Virus record (IMG/VR): IMGVR_UViG_2913152634_000005 | Reading direction: 5' to 3' (one strand) | Source of the DNA: a virus | Taxonomy: Duplodnaviria; Heunggongvirae; Uroviricota; Caudoviricetes | Length of the DNA: 35,154 nucleotides | Shown: piece by piece, positions 19,223 through 33,216 of the stretch | Layout: the number at the start of each line of letters is the position of its first letter | Numbering within the stretch: position 1 is the stretch's first letter | The notes under the pieces: generated by a model | What the model saw: only the letters and a program-made list of their open reading frames with translations | Database searches by the model: none | What the model was told of the DNA's origin: nothing | Program-made: the position numbers and the translations under genes

Positions 19223-19225
19223 GAT

Positions 19226-19459
19226 TTACTTATTTAAGTACCATTCCCCACGAATCCACGCCTGCACCTCCGAAAGGCGATATGCTACGGCAGTGGCACC
19301 TATTTTAATTCGCTTTGGAAACTTTCCTTCTTTCTCTAACTTCCATCGAGTGCTATTAGCAAGAGTAGTTAACTCACGGCATTCTTTCTCACGGATCATT
19401 CGGTCAATGTTAGGAATGTATTCCAGACCCTTTTTATCAACAATTGCCATTTTTTTCAT
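19226..19459 (-). CDS. alpA: AlpA-family excisionase/transcriptional regulator
   Basis: 77 aa; HTH CRELTTLANSTRWKLEKEGKFPKRIKIG; immediately downstream of int. Confidence 0.7.
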   Translation of the reverse strand: MKKMAIVDKKGLEYIPNIDRMIREKECRELTTLANSTRWKLEKEGKFPKRIKIGATAVAYRLSEVQAWIRGEWYLNK

Positions 19460-19460
19460 G

Positions 19461-20573
19461 TTAACCAGCCTTTTGTTTGAGGATTGTCACTTTTGAATCA
19501 GCAGCTGCGATGCTATTGAGATATGTAGTCCAGAGTTCCAGAGCATCCAGTTTTTTAGCCATAAACTTACTCCGGTTGTAAACACCTGCCACGCCAGGTA
19601 GCGCATGGCCTAACAGTTGTTCTACTACATAAAATTCAACACCGAGATCACTTAGATGAGTAGATAGCGTTCTTCTAAGGTCGTGTAGTGACCATTGTTT
19701 TTCATGGCCCAAACGTTTACCGATTTTCCCCCCAATCTTGCTTACGCTTTCTCTAATTCGCAGACTTCCCAGCACATAACCAGTATGTTTTGTCTCTTCG
19801 TGAACATCCGTTACCCACTGTCGTAGAATTTCAGGTACTGGTCTGACGATTTCAACACCAGTTTTTGAGTGATCTTTTGGTACAGTCCAAACCCAACTTT
19901 CGAGATCCCATTCGCTCCATTCTGATAATCGGGCTTCACTCATTCGACATCCAAATACTGTACAAAGCACAAACATTTTTCGCGTGTATTCAGACATTAG
20001 TTTTAAATCAGGCTCGACAAAAATTGCCTTCCAGAGCTGGCCGAGTTCGGCTTCATCCAGAACCCGATCCCGCTTACCTGCAATCTGCCCCACATCACTC
20101 ATGCGCAAATCCTTTAAAGCATCACACGTCGCGTACTGGCGTACCCGACAAAAACGAAGAGCTAATTTAGTGTCAGAAAAAACATACGCCGCCATAACTG
20201 GTGCATTACTTTTAATTCGGTCAAAACAGTCCAGCCATTCATATAGGTGAGTGTCATTTACGGGCAAATGACCGATATAGGGAAAGATATGCTTTCGAAA
20301 TCTGCCAAGCGTTACAGCATGAGTTTTACGACGCACCTTACAGTAATTTTCATACCAGTAATTTAGTGCATCCTCCACTGTGACCGGCTTTAAGCGTTCT
20401 TCAGCCTGAATCTTAATCTGGATACGCGGATCACGTTTGTCAGCCAACCAAGCACGGCACTCGTCGCGCTTTTCCCTTGCCTGTTTGAGTGACATATCAG
20501 GATATTTACCCAACGTTAGCCAGACCGGAGCAGCCCGGCCACCTGCTAACCTGTAGAAGAAAACAAAGCTCAC
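19461..20573 (-). CDS. int: tyrosine integrase (P4-type), catalytic portion; N-terminal arm-binding segment lies in another frame at 20573-20695
   Basis: 370 aa with R...HDLRRT...LLGH...Y tyrosine-recombinase motifs; ORF 20570-20827 encodes the expected N-terminus MAGENKLSDKALKGYLGKPREKQITIADGKGLSIRVSTKGL and stops 1 nt out of frame. Confidence 0.8.
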   Translation of the reverse strand: MSFVFFYRLAGGRAAPVWLTLGKYPDMSLKQAREKRDECRAWLADKRDPRIQIKIQAEERLKPVTVEDALNYWYENYCKVRRKTHAVTLGRFRKHIFPYIGHLPVNDTHLYEWLDCFDRIKSNAPVMAAYVFSDTKLALRFCRVRQYATCDALKDLRMSDVGQIAGKRDRVLDEAELGQLWKAIFVEPDLKLMSEYTRKMFVLCTVFGCRMSEARLSEWSEWDLESWVWTVPKDHSKTGVEIVRPVPEILRQWVTDVHEETKHTGYVLGSLRIRESVSKIGGKIGKRLGHEKQWSLHDLRRTLSTHLSDLGVEFYVVEQLLGHALPGVAGVYNRSKFMAKKLDALELWTTYLNSIAAADSKVTILKQKAG

Positions 20574-20827
20574 AGCCCCTTGGTACTCACACGAATAGAA
20601 AGCCCCTTTCCATCAGCAATGGTGATCTGCTTTTCTCTGGGTTTCCCCAGATATCCTTTAAGTGCTTTGTCGCTCAGTTTGTTCTCGCCAGCCATTTTTA
20701 GCCCCAAAAAGCAATACAAGCTGCAATACAGAGATGATTGCAACACACAGATAACGAGGAAAATCCAGTGAAAGCGCCAGATAAACTTATTCTTTATTAT
20801 CAAAAGATTAAGTGTAAAAACCAGCAA

Positions 20828-21103
20828 CTACACGAAAGCCTCAGAAAGCCATGCTAAGTGCTTCGGCTTGACATATCCCGGCGTAAATTCAGAGGTGGAG
20901 CCGCCACGGGAGCGGATAACCTCACCGGAAACAATCGGCGAAACGTACAGCGCCATGTTTACCAGCCCCGGAATTTGTGAGAGATAGACTTTCTCCGTGG
21001 TGAAGGGATAGCTCTCACGGAAAAAGAGACGCAGAAACAGCGGATCAAACTTAAATTTCTGCTCATTTGCCGCCAGCAGCTGGGCGGTTGTGTACATCGA
21101 CAT
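20828..21103 (-). pseudogene. E: major capsid protein E, 5' fragment (codons 1-84 plus 9 element-derived codons)
   Basis: MSMYTTAQLLAANEQKFKFDPLFLRLFFRESYPFTTEKVYLSQIPGLVNMALYVSPIVSGEVIRSRGGSTSEFTPGYVKPKH matches lambda gpE 1-84, then LAWLSEAFV-stop. Confidence 0.88.
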
Positions 21104-21158
21104 AAAAAAATCCCGTAAAAAAAGCCGCAAAGGCGGCCTTTAGTGATGAAGGGTCAGG

Positions 21159-21491
21159 TTAAACGATGCTGATTGCCGTTCCGGCAAACGCGGTCCGTTT
21201 TTTCGTCTCGTCGCTGGCAGCATCCGGCCAGAGCACATCCTCATAACGGAACGTGCCGGACTTGTAGAACGTCAGCGTGGTGCTGGTCTGGTCAGCAGCA
21301 ACCGCCAGAATGCCAACAGCAGCACCGTCAGTGGTGCCATCCCACGCAACCAGCTTACGGGTGGAGGTATCCGGCATCAGCGGGGTCATTGCAGGCGTTT
21401 TCGCACTCAATCCGCCGGGCGCGGTTGCGGTATGAGCCGGGTCACTGTTGCCCAGCGGCTGGTAATGGGTAAAGGTTTCTTTGCTCGTCAT
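21159..21491 (-). CDS. D: head decoration protein D
   Basis: [12 protein letters not shown]...[11 protein letters not shown] near-identical to lambda gpD. Confidence 0.92.
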   Translation of the reverse strand: MTSKETFTHYQPLGNSDPAHTATAPGGLSAKTPAMTPLMPDTSTRKLVAWDGTTDGAAVGILAVAADQTSTTLTFYKSGTFRYEDVLWPDAASDETKKRTAFAGTAISIV

Positions 21492-21500
21492 AAACATCCC

Positions 21501-22800
21501 TTACACTGGTGTGTTCAGCAAATCGTTAACGGCATCGGATGCCGGGTTACCTGCAGCCAGCGGTGCCGGTGCCCCCTGCATCAGACGATCCAGCGCAGTG
21601 TCACTGCGCGCCTGTGCACTCTGTGGTGCTGCGGCCAGAATGCGGCGGGCCGTTTCCACGGTCATTCCGGGGGTTTCTGCCAGCACGCGTGCCTGTTCTT
21701 CACGTCCGTGGGCCTCCTCACAGTTGAGGATCCCCATAATGCGGCTGTTTTCTGCCGCAACCGCTGCGGTGATCTGCGCGTTCACGTCCGGCTGCGCCGC
21801 GCTGGCGTTTTCGCCCTCCGTCGCTGGAACCACGTCAGTAACGTCAGCCTGCGAAGCAGTGGCAGAAACAGTTGTTGATTGAGTCTCTTTGGTCATTCGC
21901 CCTCCTGAGAGACGGGATTTACGTGCATCCAGTGCATCACGCATGACGGTGATCGCATCGGTGCTGTTAACAAGTTCATCAGCCAGTCCGGCATCAATGG
22001 CCTCCTGACCGCTGTATACTGCAGCCTCGGTATCCAGCACGGCCTGCACGGACAGGCCGGTATATGCCGACACCTTCTGCGCAAACATCCGGCGGGTTGC
22101 ATCCATCCGGGACTGCAGTGTTTCCCGGACATCATCCGGAAGATGGCTGTAGGGGTTGCCATCCACCTTATGGCTGCCGCTGTAAATCAGCGTGATTTCC
22201 ACACCCTGTTTCTCCAGCGCAGCGCCGTAATTACTGTGAGCCATCATGACGCCGATGGAGCCTGTCCGGGCGATCTGCGTGACCAGACGCCGGGAGGCGG
22301 CACTGGCAAGCAACTGACCTGCACTGCAGTTCATGTCATTGGCCAGCGCCCATACCGGCTTTATGTCACGCACACGGGCGATGATGTCAGCGCAGTCAAA
22401 TGCCCCCGCCACCATTCCGCCCGGCGTGTCCATATCCAGCAGAATGCCGTCCACCATCGGGTCGCTGGCAGCCTGTTGCAGACGGGAGATAATGCCGTTG
22501 TAACCGGTCATCCCCGAATACGGCTGCAGCGCCCGCGTCCGGCTGACCAGCGTGCCGGAAACCGGCAGCACGGCGATGCCGTTCATGACCTGATAACTGC
22601 GGGCCTGTCGTGGTCCGTCATCATCACCGGATAACGCCAGCGTCGCGGGTGCCTCTCCGGCAGTCAGGCTGTCACCGGACACTGCATCTGTCAGGCGGCT
22701 GATCCCAAGCTGGCCTGCAAGCGCACAAAAGAAAACCCGCGCATAGGCGGGTTCAAGCATCAGCGGCTCATTAAAGGCCATGCTGGCAATATGCGGGAGA

Positions 22801-22820
<20 letters not shown>
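21501..22820 (-). CDS. C: prohead protease/scaffold protein C (Nu3 nested in frame)
   Basis: 439 aa from GTG (ggagga RBS), VTAELRNLPHIASMAFNEP... as in lambda gpC. Confidence 0.9.
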
Positions 22821-26501
<3,681 letters not shown>

Positions 26502-26527
<26 letters not shown>

Positions 26528-27047
26528 TCAGCAACCCCGGTATCAGTTCATCCAGCGCGGCTGCTTTGTTCATGGCTTTGATGATATCCCGTTTCAGGAA
26601 ATCAACATGTCGGTTTTCCAGTTCCGGAAAACGCCGCTGCACCGACAGTGGGATCCCGTCGAGAATACTGGCAATTTCACCTGCGATCCGCGACAGCACG
26701 AAAGTACAGAATGCGGTTTCCACCACTTCAGCGGAGTCTCTGGCATTTTTCAGCTCCTGTGCGTCGGCCTGCGCACGCGTAAGTCGATGGCGTTCGTACT
26801 CAATAGTCCCTGGCTGGAGATCTGTCTCGCTGGCCTGCCGCAGTTCTTCAACCTCCCGGCGCAGCTTTTCGTTCTCAATTTCAGCATCCCTTTCGGCATA
26901 CCATTTTATGACGGCGGCAGAGTCATAAAGCACCTCATTACCCTTGCCACCGCCTCGCAGAACGGGCATTCCCTGTTCCTGCCAGTTCTGAATGGTACGG
27001 ATACTCGCACCGAAAATGTCAGCCAGCTGCTTTTTGTTGACTTCCAT
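26502..27047 (-). CDS. nu1: terminase small subunit Nu1
   Basis: 181 aa, MEVNKKQLADIFGASIRTIQNWQEQGMPVL... as in lambda Nu1. Confidence 0.92.
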
Positions 27048-27119
27048 TGTTCATTCCACGGACAAAAACAGAGAAAGGAAACGACAGAGGCCAAAAAGCT
27101 CGCTTTCAGCACCTGTCGT

Positions 27120-27245
27120 TTCCTTTCTTTTCAGGGGGTATTTTAAATAAAAACACTAAGTTACGACGAAGAAGAACGGAAACGCCTTAAACCGGAAAAT
27201 TTTCATAAATAGCGAAAACCCGCGAGGTCGCCGCCCCGTAGCCTG
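27120..27245. other. prophage cos site (cosB, cosN at 27216-27227, cosQ)
   Basis: Minus strand reads ...CAGGCTACG GGGCGGCGACCT CGCGGGTTTTCGCTATTTATGAAAATTTTCCGGTTTAAGGCG..., the lambda cos as remembered. Confidence 0.85.
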
Positions 27246-27536
27246 CCGGATCGCCGGAAAGGACCCGCAAGCGTTCTGGTTTATTCGCAATGAATTCAAT
27301 GTCTGACAGACCAGCGTCGTGCGACCACGGTCGCACGCTCCTGAATACATGCCCTGTTTCTTCCACCCTCGCACAAGACTGGCGAGCATGAGGGACAAAC
27401 CCGCGAATCATTAGCGCGGTAAAAACCCGGTGTGCATCGTTTTGATTATTCCCGCACACTCGCGCAGAAGGAATTCCCCGTCGGGCTACGGTCATGGTTA
27501 ATGCGGGAATACGGCGACGATACAGCGCATAATGTG

Positions 27537-28154
27537 TCAGGCTTGAATACCTTTATCGAATCCCGGTAATAAAAACTGTCCCTGTCTCTCCAGACGTTCC
27601 AGCTTTGCAAGCAATTGAGGTTTTTTCGTTCTCCCCCAGCGATTGAGCAGACGGCCTGACATGCTGGCGACATCCTTCTCTTTCATGTACTCCAGCATTA
27701 CGGCGTTACGTTCTGCTTCATAACTTTCGCTGTACTTACGGAGTTCTGCTGACATCCAGTTAAACGCATTGATATAGGCTTCTTTAACAGCATCGGCTTT
27801 TGCCCCGTTAAATCCCATAACCAGCATAACGAAGCCACTAAAGTCCATGCGGTAGTAAATCTGTTTCTTGTCAAAAATCCCTAAGTCATTGATTTTCTCG
27901 ACGGCCCAAAAATGGGTTGTCGAGAATTCCTCAGAACATCTCAAACATTTAATAGCCCTAATCACATGCTGATGGCGTTTACCAAATGCCCTGGCAATCT
28001 GGAAGGTGTCAGTTACCGGTTGACCTTCTGCTGCGGTAACTAACTGGCGAAAGTCGAAGTCATGATTCGCAATTAATTCATTCATGGCGTTGCCTGCTTC
28101 TTTGAAATGAACCTTTGCCGCACAGGAAACCAGCCCACCGAGGCTCGCCAGCAC
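27537..28154 (-). CDS. rha: Rha-family phage regulatory protein
   Basis: 205 aa; motif VTDTFQIARAFGKRHQHVIRAIKCL typical of the Rha family; GTG start with gagga RBS. Confidence 0.55.
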   Translation of the reverse strand: MLASLGGLVSCAAKVHFKEAGNAMNELIANHDFDFRQLVTAAEGQPVTDTFQIARAFGKRHQHVIRAIKCLRCSEEFSTTHFWAVEKINDLGIFDKKQIYYRMDFSGFVMLVMGFNGAKADAVKEAYINAFNWMSAELRKYSESYEAERNAVMLEYMKEKDVASMSGRLLNRWGRTKKPQLLAKLERLERQGQFLLPGFDKGIQA

Positions 28155-28234
28155 TAACTGGTATCCTCAAAGGCCCATTCCAAAGGGTCAGGTTCGGTGT
28201 TTATTGTGCGCTGCGGTGCGCGGTGAAATACCGG

Positions 28235-28262
28235 TACAAAAATGCCCCGCATCTGCGAGGCA
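28235..28262 (-). terminator. terminator-like hairpin downstream of Rz
   Basis: minus-strand GCCTCGCagatGCGGGGC followed by ATTTTTG. Confidence 0.4.
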
Positions 28263-28303
28263 TTTTCCTGAAAGTCACTTGTTAAATTTCAGTGAAATTA
28301 AAA

Positions 28304-28741
28304 TTATTTTAAGCACTGCGTCCTGATGTATTCCTGCAGGTAGTTAACCTGCGCGGTTATCTTGTCGATTCCACCTCGGAGACGGTAATAATTGAGTTCA
28401 GCATCTGCTGTAAGTCCTGGGCTTTCTCCATCGCCCATGCTGCTGGCTCCGGTCGTTGACTTTGCACAGGTGGCGGAGACTTGCAGGCGCTTACGCCCAG
28501 CAGAAACATCAGCACGGAGACTTTCGATAGTCGCATTAGCATCAGCAAGCTCCTTTGTGTATCTGGCGTCGAGTTCTGCTACATCACGTTGACGCTTCTG
28601 CATGTCAGCGATGATGGATGTGGCTTTGTCGCGCTGGTCTTTGTAGGCGATGGCGTTATCACGGTAATGATTAACAGCCCATGACAGGCAGAGGATGATG
28701 CAAATAACCAGAGCGGAGATAATCGCGGTTACCCTGCTCAT
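28304..28741 (-). CDS. Rz: i-spanin Rz
   Basis: [30 protein letters not shown]... matches lambda Rz; start overlaps the R stop (ATGA). Confidence 0.85.
   Translation of the reverse strand: MSRVTAIISALVICIILCLSWAVNHYRDNAIAYKDQRDKATSIIADMQKRQRDVAELDARYTKELADANATIESLRADVSAGRKRLQVSATCAKSTTGASSMGDGESPGLTADAELNYYRLRGGIDKITAQVNYLQEYIRTQCLK
28357..28548 (-). CDS. Rz1: o-spanin lipoprotein Rz1 (embedded in Rz, +1 frame)
   Basis: 63 aa; signal peptide with lipobox LLGVSAC; proline-rich mature region. Confidence 0.7.
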   Translation of the reverse strand: MLMLMRLSKVSVLMFLLGVSACKSPPPVQSQRPEPAAWAMEKAQDLQQMLNSIITVSEVESTR

Positions 28742-29235
28742 TGCTGCCCCCACAAACAGACTTCACGCTCAATATCACGACGGGTCATCAGCCCTTTCCA
28801 TTGCTTACCGCCAGCGTATGTCCAGCGACGTAGCTGGTCACATGCGCCTTTGATATCACCCTGGTTTATTTTGCGAAGAAGCGTCGATGTTCTGAAATTA
28901 CCAGCGCCCACGTTGTAAACGAACGAGTAAAGAGCGCCGCGCGTTGTTTCCGGTATATCGACTTTGATGTACGGGTTAATTTGTCTGGCGACCGTGGCAA
29001 GGTCTTTATTCAGGAGGGCTTTGCATTCTGCTTCGGTATACGTTTTACCGGGAATGATGTCTTTTCCGGTGTGTCCGTGACATACAGTCCATACGCCAAC
29101 GATATCTTCGTATGGTATGTAGCTGACACCTTCCAGGCCATCGTCACCACTCGGACCAGTGATGAGCACAGACGCTATGGCAACAGCCCCACCACCAATA
29201 GCAGCAGCAACAGCCTTGCGTAATGATGGCGACAT
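28738..29235 (-). CDS. R: SAR endolysin (T4-type lysozyme, P21 R-like)
   Basis: 165 aa; N-terminal signal-anchor-release segment [20 protein letters not shown], then a lysozyme domain. Confidence 0.85.
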   Translation of the reverse strand: MSPSLRKAVAAAIGGGAVAIASVLITGPSGDDGLEGVSYIPYEDIVGVWTVCHGHTGKDIIPGKTYTEAECKALLNKDLATVARQINPYIKVDIPETTRGALYSFVYNVGAGNFRTSTLLRKINQGDIKGACDQLRRWTYAGGKQWKGLMTRRDIEREVCLWGQQ

Positions 29236-29450
29236 TATTCACCTCTCGCAGCCTTACGCTTATCTTCTTTAATCTTGAAATAAAGGTTTGTCAGATACGT
29301 CAGCAAGCCAAACACCAGGCTACCCAATACGCCTATTGCCACCCACTGGGATGGGGAGACTTTGTCCAGCAACTGCAGTAGCCAGTATCCCGTCCCCACC
29401 GCTGACGTGGTGTATGACACACCTGTTGTTATTTTTTCCATCTGGTACAT
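29235..29450 (-). CDS. S: pinholin (phage 21 S-like) with upstream antiholin start
   Basis: [68 protein letters not shown] resembles the S21 pinholin. Confidence 0.85.
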   Translation of the reverse strand: MYQMEKITTGVSYTTSAVGTGYWLLQLLDKVSPSQWVAIGVLGSLVFGLLTYLTNLYFKIKEDKRKAARGE

Positions 29451-30315
29451 ACCCCGTCTCCCGTTATCCGGAAGCTGACAACAATAAAAAGCCACCAGTT
29501 AATTCCTGATGGCCCTGATGCATAAACGTCATAATACCTGACTGTTATGATTGACAATAATGATAATGTTTATATAGAAAGGTTCCCGATGTGTGTTACA
29601 TATCATTTCTCCACGGGGAATATCCCCACGCCAGCGCAGACTCTTTTACCCGTTCTCTTCTGCGCTGGCTCTTTTTTATTATGCTGCTGCATTTACCTCT
29701 GGCACCATGCTTTCTATCTCAACACAATACGTGGTACTTCTTGTAACCAATATCATAACGATTAATCGACATAGAATTTCTCCCGTGTACAGGAACAGAG
29801 TTAAAAAGCCGGAACCGGAATCAAATCACAGGATGACCATCTGCCAGTGGCAGGTCATAAAAAAAAGGCCGCGCCATGCGCAGCCAGAACTCACAAGGAA
29901 AATGATAGAAGGAAATAACATTAGTGATGTACGCATGGCGCCTCCCGCTAAGTTCTGCAATGATCAAACAGAACTCGCTACGTGCCCTTAAAACTCGATC
30001 ATTTAGCCCCTCCAAGGAGGATTCACCATGCGGTTGATTTTTTAATAAACAGTAAACAAAAAAGTCAAGAATTATTCATTCTGTTCTTTCATCATCGGCC
30101 ACAGCAATACCACAATGCCGCAGACCAGAGCGCCATCAGTCAGTACCAACATTATCCTGCTGGTGAAATCCATCATCACCATCACTAAAAGCAGGATCAC
30201 AACAGCAAGCAGACACAGTTTATAAAACAATGTTCAGAAAACGCATTCAGCATGCCTAAGGTTCTATTCCTACGAATAGCCAACTTGCAACTTAAAATAT
30301 TATTTATGCAGCCAA

Positions 30316-31074
30316 TTAAATTCTGGTCCTTACAATATCAACCTGAAGATTCTTATCTTGTGCTGATTGATAAATGACAAACCTTTTACTACCTGCATTG
30401 AAAGAAGTAGACAAAACCAGACAATTATCATAACGAGCAAGAACATAATACCAACCATCATTATAATTAATCATTTCATATTCTTTCTTAAACTGCGGTT
30501 TGTAATATCCTGTCAGAAATGAAAAAAGCCAGAAATATGCCACAAAAGCAATCATCACAATCTCAAAAAAATGTTTTTTTATAAATGGCTTATCATAGAA
30601 GCATGATACCGATAAAAATCGCCCATAAGATCTTATCGAAATTGTAACCGCCAGCGCAATCGCTGCTGACAGTAGCAAAAGAGGTACCTGAATCTTCTGT
30701 CTCAATATAGAAAACTCAATAATTGCCGGCACAAACAATAATTCCACAGCAAAATAAAGGCGAAATACATTTAGCTCTTGCATAGAATGTTTTCTTTTCA
30801 CTGCGAAAAAGAATACAACACCAATACCCCAACCGATAAGAAATATAGCAATGACGATAACTGCAAAAAATAAACTTCTGGCAACATCATCAACACCTGC
30901 ACCTACAATCCACCATGGGAAGCCGTAGTAAAAAGAAGTACCCCATCCATAGAAATAAGCACTCCCCCATCCAAGGCATCCCATGTAGGCAATAAAAAGT
31001 GAAGAACTCCTGAGCAGCGCACCATCCTTCATAACCACCCCAATACAAGATGATAACATTGGCTTACAACTCAT
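30316..31074 (-). CDS. polytopic inner-membrane protein of unknown function (late-operon moron between Q and S)
   Basis: 252-aa ORF with about four hydrophobic helices and aromatic-rich N-terminus; AT-rich; start codon uncertain (Met1, Met6 or Met15). Confidence 0.55.
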   Translation of the reverse strand: MSCKPMLSSCIGVVMKDGALLRSSSLFIAYMGCLGWGSAYFYGWGTSFYYGFPWWIVGAGVDDVARSLFFAVIVIAIFLIGWGIGVVFFFAVKRKHSMQELNVFRLYFAVELLFVPAIIEFSILRQKIQVPLLLLSAAIALAVTISIRSYGRFLSVSCFYDKPFIKKHFFEIVMIAFVAYFWLFSFLTGYYKPQFKKEYEMINYNDGWYYVLARYDNCLVLSTSFNAGSKRFVIYQSAQDKNLQVDIVRTRI

Positions 31075-31229
31075 AACAAAAGCAATTCAATGCCGTCAAG
31101 AGGTTACAGGCTAAAAAACTCTATTACATTGCAGTCAGCATGTTTACTACACAAATACAATTCAGAGCATAAAAACTACTCGGCGGCAGGTTATTGAGAC
31201 TCATCAATGACATGTAAAAAACGCCCATT

Positions 31230-31272
31230 ATTGGTGTCAAGTTTCCCCAAAGTTATTCAAAAAGTCAATATT
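31230..31272 (-). promoter_or_regulatory. pR'-like late promoter downstream of Q
   Basis: minus strand TTGACTTTTTGAATAACTTTGGGGAAACTTGACACC resembles the lambda pR' region. Confidence 0.4.
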
Positions 31273-31310
31273 ATGCCGTTAATATGTTGCCATCCGTGGC
31301 AATCATGGCG

Positions 31311-31934
31311 CTAACGTGTGATCGCATTCAAAATGTTGTCTGCGATTGACTCTTCCTTGTGGCATTGCACAACCAGAGCGTCATACAGCGGCTTAACAGT
31401 GCGTGACCAGGTGGGTTGGGTAAGGTTTGGGATTAGCATCGTCACAGCGCGATATGCGGCGCTTGCTGGCATTCTTGAATAACCGACGCCTTTACATCTT
31501 CCGCACTCTTTCTCAGCAACTCTCCCCCACAGCTCTGTTTTGGCTATATCAACCGCACGGCCTGTACCGTGGCAATCTCTGCATCTTGCGCCCGGCGTAG
31601 CGGCACTACGGCAATAATCCGCATAAGCGAATGTTGCGAGCACTTGCAGTACCTTTGCCTTAGTATTTCCTTCAAGCTTTGCCACGCCACGGTATTTCCC
31701 CGATACCTTGTGTGCAAATTGCATCAGATAGTTGATAGCCTTTTGTTTGTCGTTCTGGCTGAGTTCGTGCTTACCACAGAATACAGCCATTCCGAATCCG
31801 GCTTGTGATTGCGCCATCCCCATAGCAGCCATCACATCAGTACCGGAAAGAGAGTCAGAAGCCGTGGCCCGTGGTGAGTCGCTCATCATCGGGCTTTTTG
31901 GCGAATGAAATTTAGCTATGCTTTCGAGTCTCAT
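31311..31934 (-). CDS. Q: late antiterminator Q
   Basis: 207 aa, near-identical to lambda Q. Confidence 0.92.
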   Translation of the reverse strand: MRLESIAKFHSPKSPMMSDSPRATASDSLSGTDVMAAMGMAQSQAGFGMAVFCGKHELSQNDKQKAINYLMQFAHKVSGKYRGVAKLEGNTKAKVLQVLATFAYADYCRSAATPGARCRDCHGTGRAVDIAKTELWGRVAEKECGRCKGVGYSRMPASAAYRAVTMLIPNLTQPTWSRTVKPLYDALVVQCHKEESIADNILNAITR

Positions 31935-32596
31935 GCGCCTTCTCCCTGTACCTGAATCAATGTGAGGTTTCCGCAGAACACTGCGCCAGTATCGATATAC
32001 ATCTGGTTGGCAAATTTGAGTGGTTTCACTGCTGGCGTATGACCAAAGATGAACGTGTCCGCGCCTTTGATTTCTTTCACGATCCCGTCTTGTGAGTTGC
32101 TGATTCGTTCGCGGTTCCAGATTACCTGCTGATGATCAACTGGCTTTCCAAACTCGTATTTATCACAAGGATAATCGGCGTGGCAGATGACATATTTTTT
32201 TCCTTTACTCACCAGTTCGATGATTAACGGAAGTTCATCTGCTTTATGGGCAAGAGCTTTAGCCAGAATTTCTTTGTCGTAATCGAGATTAAAGAACCAG
32301 CCACCGCCATTAAGCAGCCAGTGATTGACGTTTCCACGCTCTGATAAGCCATCAATCATCATTTGCTCATGGTTTCCACGTACAGCTCTGAACCAGGGGA
32401 ATGTGATTAATTCCAGGCATTCAACGTTCTCTGCACCACGATCAACCAAATCGCCCACCGAGATAAGCAGGTCTTTTTTGTTGTCGAATCCAATCGTATC
32501 CAGTTTGTTCATCAGGTTCGTGTAGCATCCGTGCAGATCGCCAACTACCCAAGTATTTCGGTATTTGCTGCCATCAATTCTTTCGTAGATATTCAT
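31931..32596 (-). CDS. Ser/Thr protein phosphatase (lambda orf221 / NinI)
   Basis: 221 aa; GDLHG, GDLVDRG, GNHE metallophosphatase motifs. Confidence 0.9.
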   Translation of the reverse strand: MNIYERIDGSKYRNTWVVGDLHGCYTNLMNKLDTIGFDNKKDLLISVGDLVDRGAENVECLELITFPWFRAVRGNHEQMMIDGLSERGNVNHWLLNGGGWFFNLDYDKEILAKALAHKADELPLIIELVSKGKKYVICHADYPCDKYEFGKPVDHQQVIWNRERISNSQDGIVKEIKGADTFIFGHTPAVKPLKFANQMYIDTGAVFCGNLTLIQVQGEGA

Positions 32597-33216
32597 GCAG
32601 CCTCACTTCTGCTGTTTCGCAGTTTTTTAAGTTTCTGTTGATACTCCGCCTTGATGGTCCTGCACTCTTCGATAGTCCAGCGATGGCGGTTATGGTTTGA
32701 TTCGATTTCGTCTACTGCTTCCTGCCCGATGCGGCTAATCAGTTCGACGCGATACGGAACGAGATTTCCGCTTTTGTGCTGGTTGCACACCACACATTGC
32801 TTGTGAATATTGCGTTCATCAAATCGGAGTTGAGGTGCCGCAGCAGTTGTCCGGTAATGCCCGGCATCCCACTGAGCAGACGTGAGCGTTCCGCACGAGA
32901 TACATGGTAAGTCGCGGTCTCTTTCTCTGATGAAGGCGTTTACGGCTTGTTGGGCTTGTTTAATCCAGTAACTGCGGGGCTTTAAGGCGAGTTTTTGAAT
33001 CTTAAGTTTATCTTTCTGTTTCTGCTCCTCTCGTCGTCGTTTCTTCTCTGCTGCCTTTTCTGCCTTTTCCGCTTTTTCGCGTTCTTTGCTTCGTCGTTCG
33101 AGTGCTATCTTGGTTCCACACTCTGGAGAGCACCACCACTGATTAGCGAATGCAGGGTGAAACCATTCCCGACATTCATCGTTTTTACATCGTCTTCGCG
33201 CTGGTTTAGCCATCAT
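32593..33216 (-). CDS. ninG: NinG (Rap-like) protein
   Basis: 207 aa, matches lambda NinG; Cys-rich N-terminus. Confidence 0.85.
   Translation of the reverse strand: MMAKPARRRCKNDECREWFHPAFANQWWCSPECGTKIALERRSKEREKAEKAEKAAEKKRRREEQKQKDKLKIQKLALKPRSYWIKQAQQAVNAFIRERDRDLPCISCGTLTSAQWDAGHYRTTAAAPQLRFDERNIHKQCVVCNQHKSGNLVPYRVELISRIGQEAVDEIESNHNRHRWTIEECRTIKAEYQQKLKKLRNSRSEAA

Larger units (their letters stand above)
9450..20858. mobile_element. integrated satellite-like element (P4-type integrase, primase/helicase, iterons, cos-like site, own capsid and decoration homologues) inserted in capsid gene E
   Basis: Precisely splits E; TGCTT core repeated at both junctions (9445-9449, 20859-20863); integrase at the right end; GCAATACA arm-type repeats near both ends; visibly AT-rich cargo at both ends. 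Confidence 0.75.

Noticed and set aside
19865-20250. Plus-strand ORFs inside the integrase gene
   Set aside because: Antisense to a clearly homologous tyrosine recombinase ORF.
27156-27673. ORFs 27156-27398, 27187-27495 and 27446-27673 between Nu1 and the Rha gene
   Set aside because: They overlap the cos site and its flanks, overlap each other in different frames, and have no RBS or family resemblance.
29600-29700. Plus-strand stem-loop with a T-tract (CCAGCGCAG...CTGCGCTGG ctctttttt)
   Set aside because: It would terminate plus-strand transcription, but all local genes are on the minus strand; the loop is long and no plus-strand gene precedes it.
29500-31300. Shiga toxin or tRNA genes in the Q-S interval
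   Set aside because: No stxA/stxB-like ORFs and no tRNA-like sequence were seen; the interval holds only the membrane-protein gene and AT-rich spacer.
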